Origin: Eledone cirrhosa
Lineage: Eukaryota
Reading direction: 5' to 3'
Assembly (NCBI GenBank): GCA_964016885.1
Contig: OZ024747.1
Span: 58,528,001-58,592,000 of the forward strand
Length of the DNA: 64,000 bases
The notes below the pieces were generated by a model. The model was not told the DNA's origin and did not search any database. It saw only the letters and a list, made by a program, of their open reading frames with translations. The position numbers and the translations under genes are program-made. Each line of letters begins with the position of its first letter. Position 1 is the stretch's first letter. Shown here piece by piece: positions 59,345 to 64,000 of this stretch.

Positions 59345-59783
59345 ATTAAATAAATGGAAAACTATATTTATAAAACCATATTTATTTCATTATATATATT
59401 TCGGGGATATCATATTAACAATATGCTATGCCTTCATCAGACAAAATACAATATAAACAGTTTTATAGATAAATATATTCGACATACCGTAATAAACATC
59501 GACTTCATTTGAAGAGGTTTACTCTTCAAATGAAGTCGATGTTTATTACGGTATGTCGAATATATTTATCTATAAAACTGTTTATATTGTATTTTGTCTG
59601 ATGAAGGCATAGCATATTGTTAATATGATATCCCCGAAATATATATAATGAAATAAATATGGTTTTATAAATATAGTTTTCCATTTATTTAATATTGTAA
59701 ATATACTCCAAATATTTGTCGAGTGCTTTTATATCAGTTATAAATATTTACTAGTTGTAACCCAACAATTTTAAATATAACTT

Positions 59784-59790
<7 letters not shown>
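59339..59790 (+). mobile_element. Hairpin element (178-bp arms, 5-nt loop 59517-59521) with HHR (59591-59654, mirrored) and ~90-bp tail
   Basis: TTTTGT-CTGATGA-aggcatagcatatt-gtt-aatatgatatcccc-GAAA-TATATA-TA-ATGAAA; arms appear identical. Confidence 0.9.
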
Positions 59791-59820
<30 letters not shown>

Positions 59821-59829
<9 letters not shown>

Positions 59830-61496
59830 TAAAAGGAAAAGAAAATGCTGACAAATTGTTCCCAGTGAAAAATAGTTTAATTAGGAATAAGTAAAAATTA
59901 GTAATAAGTATTGGTTAGTATTCAGTTTTAGTTTTATGTTTTTACCGGTTGCGCATTTCTAATGCTTTTCAAAAATAATTTTGAGATAGAGCGCCCGTGA
60001 TGTTTGCTCTAATCTGATTAGTTTTCGAAATTCTACCTATTTTATGTGAAAAAAGTGGCTCCAGAGATATTAAAATAAGTTTCGCGCCAATTCGTGTTGC
60101 AAACATTCCTGTGGTCAAAACAATTTTGATTGGTCGGTAGAGGTCACGTGAATGTTAAAAATTGATTTTGCGCCAAATGTAGGTTTGTCGAAGAGTGTCC
60201 TTTTTCGCCTGATTGAGAAGTCACTGAAAGATAAGTCTTTTAAGACAAATATGTGTGTGTGTGTAGTAAAGAGGTTCATTGTTGTGATAATGGTCAGTAG
60301 GGATGTGTGTGTGAATTGCAGTCATGTTGAAAGGTCAACAGTTCAGGTGCCTATTAAGACAAATATGTGTGTGTGTGTGTGTGTGTGTCTTTGTATGTTA
60401 GTATACGCGTATGTATGTGTGTGTGTATATGTGTGTATATGTGTGTATATGTGTGTATATATGTGTGTGGGGGGGGGGAAGTATTTTTGTGATACTGGTA
60501 AAAATGGTGTACATTATTCGATATTTTCAGCAAAAACGATTCTCTCAAGAGAACATCAAAAACATTAATAATAAAACGTGTGAAATGATATATAGTATTG
60601 TCATAACACCAAGGTGTGTGTGAGTGTCCAGATTGTACGTACTGCAAGGGGAATCCATTAGGCCCTGCCGTATTGGAATACTTGTGTACAAATATGTATG
60701 TGTCCATCAGTGTGCAATGCATGTGTGCGTATATGTACGTGTGTGTGTCGGCAGGTTTATATCTATAGACATCAAAAGGTATGCAAATTTGTGTATATTT
60801 GTGTTGCACCATAGAACATATGTGTTTACGTATGTCATTGTGTTTATATGTGGATAGAGATATATGTAGGATGTATTCTGATGTAGGTATGTATGCTGAC
60901 GTGTGTATGTTGTGGGTTCGTCTTAGGGAGAAGTGTTTAGACGGGGTCCGTATTTGTTAATAAAGTGAGATTCCTATTCACACATACATCCCTACTGATC
61001 ATTATCACAACAATGAACCTCTTTACTACACACACACACATATTTGTCTTAAAAGACTTATTTTTCAGTGACTTCTCAATCAGGCGAAAAAGGACACTCT
61101 TCGACAAACCTACATTTGGCGCAAAATCAATTTTTAACATTCACGTGACCTCTACCGACCAATCAAAATTGTTTTGACCACAGGAATTTTTGCAACACGA
61201 ATTCGCGCGAAACTTATTTTAATACCTCTGGAGCCACTTTTTTCACATAAAATAGGTAGAATTTCGAAAACTAATCAGATTAGAGCCAACATCACGGGCG
61301 CTCTATCTCAAAATTATTTTTGAAAAGTATTAGAAATGCGCAACCAGTAAAAACTTAAAACTAAAACTGAATACTAACCAATACTTATTACTAATTTTTA
61401 CTTTTTCCTAATTAAACTAGTTTTCACTGGGAACAATTTGTCAGCATTTTCTTTTCCTGTTACCAATATATCACAACTCGTGTGTTACACCTCTAT

Positions 61497-61500
<4 letters not shown>
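59821..61500 (+). mobile_element. Large inverted-repeat element (~495-bp arms 59821-60316 and 60976-61470) with short tail
   Basis: Near-identical arms (ORFs 60152+ and 60937- mirror each other); flanked by (TA)n; third copy at 5122-5312. Confidence 0.88.
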
Positions 61501-61542
<42 letters not shown>

Positions 61543-61545
<3 letters not shown>

Positions 61546-61670
61546 ACGAAGGAGATGTGGTGAGGAACCAAGTGGACCATAACGCACCAAAGTACTCAAT
61601 ACTTATGGTAGTAGAGTGGGTAATAGGAACGAGTAAGACCCCGACGGCTGAGCTCTTACTCGTTCCTATA
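61543..61670 (-). mobile_element. Shortest fold-back copy of the GUC-hammerhead family
   Basis: Tail on the minus strand plus TAGGAACGAGTAAGA..TCTTACTCGTTCCTA. Confidence 0.85.
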
Positions 61671-64000
61671 TATATATGTATATATATAAATTGTTATACA
61701 TGGGGAGGGTCATATTGTTGTAATAATTTTGCCAGTATTAATAACAGAACACTGCTTGGTTGGTTTTCGCTTCTGTATATATATATGTGTATATTTCAAA
61801 ATAAACTAGACAAATACAATTGATATAGCAAAGACCTAACACATTTACGATCGTTGATCTATCAAAATGGATTATTTTGGATTATGAATTTTTTTATGGT
61901 TATGTTAGTTTCAGTGTATTGTTCAATATATTTCTGATAAATGTTCTTTCATATAAATATATGATCAGAAAATGTTAAAACAACACTTAAATTTATTAAC
62001 ACAGACTCTTCATTAAACAAACATTTTAAGTGCATTTTTCGAAGCACTTATAAATCTATTGTCTAATTAAAGGTTTGTATGGGAATGTCAGACACTCAGC
62101 CATAATGCGCGGTGTTTAATTACAAGCCTTCGGCAAAGATTAAATGCTGTTTTCCTAGCCTCTTGTGTATCTTATAGATGATGCTTTAATGAGAGTCATG
62201 GTTTTGTTAAAAGCTACTCGATAATTGAATCAATATGAACGTAAGGTGAACAACCTTTCAATGGATCACGTGTTTATGAATTACTTTCGAAAAATGTGAT
62301 CTACTCATATATGTCTGCCGCTACTTCGTACTAATTTTTAAAGTAAGCTGCTTGTCTAACTTCTACAAAGAAGAAATTAGTGGAGATGGTGGTGAAAGAA
62401 GTAATTGCAAATATTTTGATTTGTAGATACAAAAGGAAACAAATAAATAAGACATTCGTTTCCATAGTAACAAAATAATATATTGTTGATGGTTCAGAAA
62501 GATTCTATTTTAATTATTCGTGTCGCATTTCGCTGAAAAAAAGTTCATTGAACAATTACATTTTTATTTATCAGTGTAATCTTCATAATTCCTATACAAC
62601 AGGAATGCAATTTCAAAAGGAGTTTATGGCAAATAATGCATTTGCAAAGAATTACCTTGCCAATCTTAAATTCTATTTAGAAATGCCAAATGCAATTTAA
62701 CCCTTCGGAAATATAATATGAATTATTTTCTGATTCAATCCTATTCGGTGATTCAAAAAAACAGCAGCTAGATTAATCACAGATCCCGTGATGGGACTTT
62801 AAGAAATTATTCTTCCTTCAAGTAATAAAAATACGCTGATTAGTTGAGACATCTGACAACCAATATATTTTTATATTTTAGCGAAATAAATTCTGTTTTT
62901 ATGATGATGGCTACATACTATTAAGTGGTACAAAGTATTAGATGTTATTTTCAGAAATCTGGTGGAAGTTTCAGTAAACATGTTTTGAGCCAAAGGAAGA
63001 TATTTTTCAGATGCCGTGTTATGTTTGAAATAGTAGCGCGCATGAAACCGCAGAAGTTGACAGATTGAATCTTAACTCCAATATTAAACTGCGTACGTGG
63101 AAAAGACTTAATCATTTGGATATTTTTTAATGAAGTTACTTACCATTTGTCAAATTTGATAACTTCAGCAGAAATAAATATTCTGATCATAAAACCCATG
63201 ACGTCAAAGGTTTCAGATACAATCTCAAAAACTGCAATGGCATGGATGGTTCTATAAATGGTTGCTTAATGTACTGGAATAACAATAAAATAACACTGAA
63301 ATAACACAACCGTCAAAAAAAGGAGATACAAATAATTCTTTCGTTACTGTTTTATGGAAGGAAAAGCAATTTTAGCAACCATATATTTGACCTCGGACAC
63401 TGGTGAATGGGGGACAAGTAGTAAGATACCTTAACGCGTAAGTTTACAAGAGACTGGACCCTGCTAAATATACCAAATGACCAGATAGCGGTTTTAAACA
63501 GGCGGCGGATTATGGCTACAACACAAACAGGCCACATCCAGATCTGAGCTCAGCAGACAAAAAACTGGAACAGCTACACGATTAATATTGTTCGATGTTC
63601 TAAAAATGTCCCTATTTTACTGTCCGAGACATTGCTTTACATTATCGACAGCCGAAAGGAAGGAGGAAAATGATGATCCCTTCTTGATTTTAACTGGGAG
63701 AACAGAGAATGGAACGAATACTGCAAGTTATATCGTCCATTGTTCTAAAGCTACGTTTAAAGCAAAGTGCGTGAGACGAAACTGGAATGAATATATTTTA
63801 TCGATCTGTTAGACCAGAGGACGTCTGGAGTTAAACTACAATAACAACAATAAGTTCTAGCACTATATTCGTATGTGATATTATCATATATTCATTCATC
63901 CTTCACACAATACCATCATTAATGTACTGTAACTGAACTGAATATACGCTGATAGTCGTTAAAACATAGAGATATATAAGTTGAAATGGAAACAAACCAG

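Overview
AT-rich, repeat-dominated eukaryotic DNA with no host exon I can support. The tRNA-derived SINE family and the extreme (TA)n/(GA)n/(CA)n load resemble a cephalopod (Octopus-like) genome; this is inference, not a database result. Almost all listed ORFs are microsatellite artefacts. Real coding remnants are two Penelope-like (PLE) GIY-YIG endonuclease fragments, an R4-type non-LTR C-terminus, an RTE-derived element and a Helitron helicase tail. The main unannotated signal is a population of 20+ short PLE-derived inserts from several unrelated sequence families, sitting inside (TA)n tracts. Many carry type I hammerhead ribozyme (HHR) motifs with palindromic stem III. They share one layout: fold-back inverted arm, forward arm, then an unduplicated tail of about 60-100 bp. 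Several families have an ACTC-N12-17-GAGTRCTY hairpin at the start of that tail. One locus has two identical HHRs in tandem 518 nt apart, a retrozyme/circular-RNA-like arrangement.
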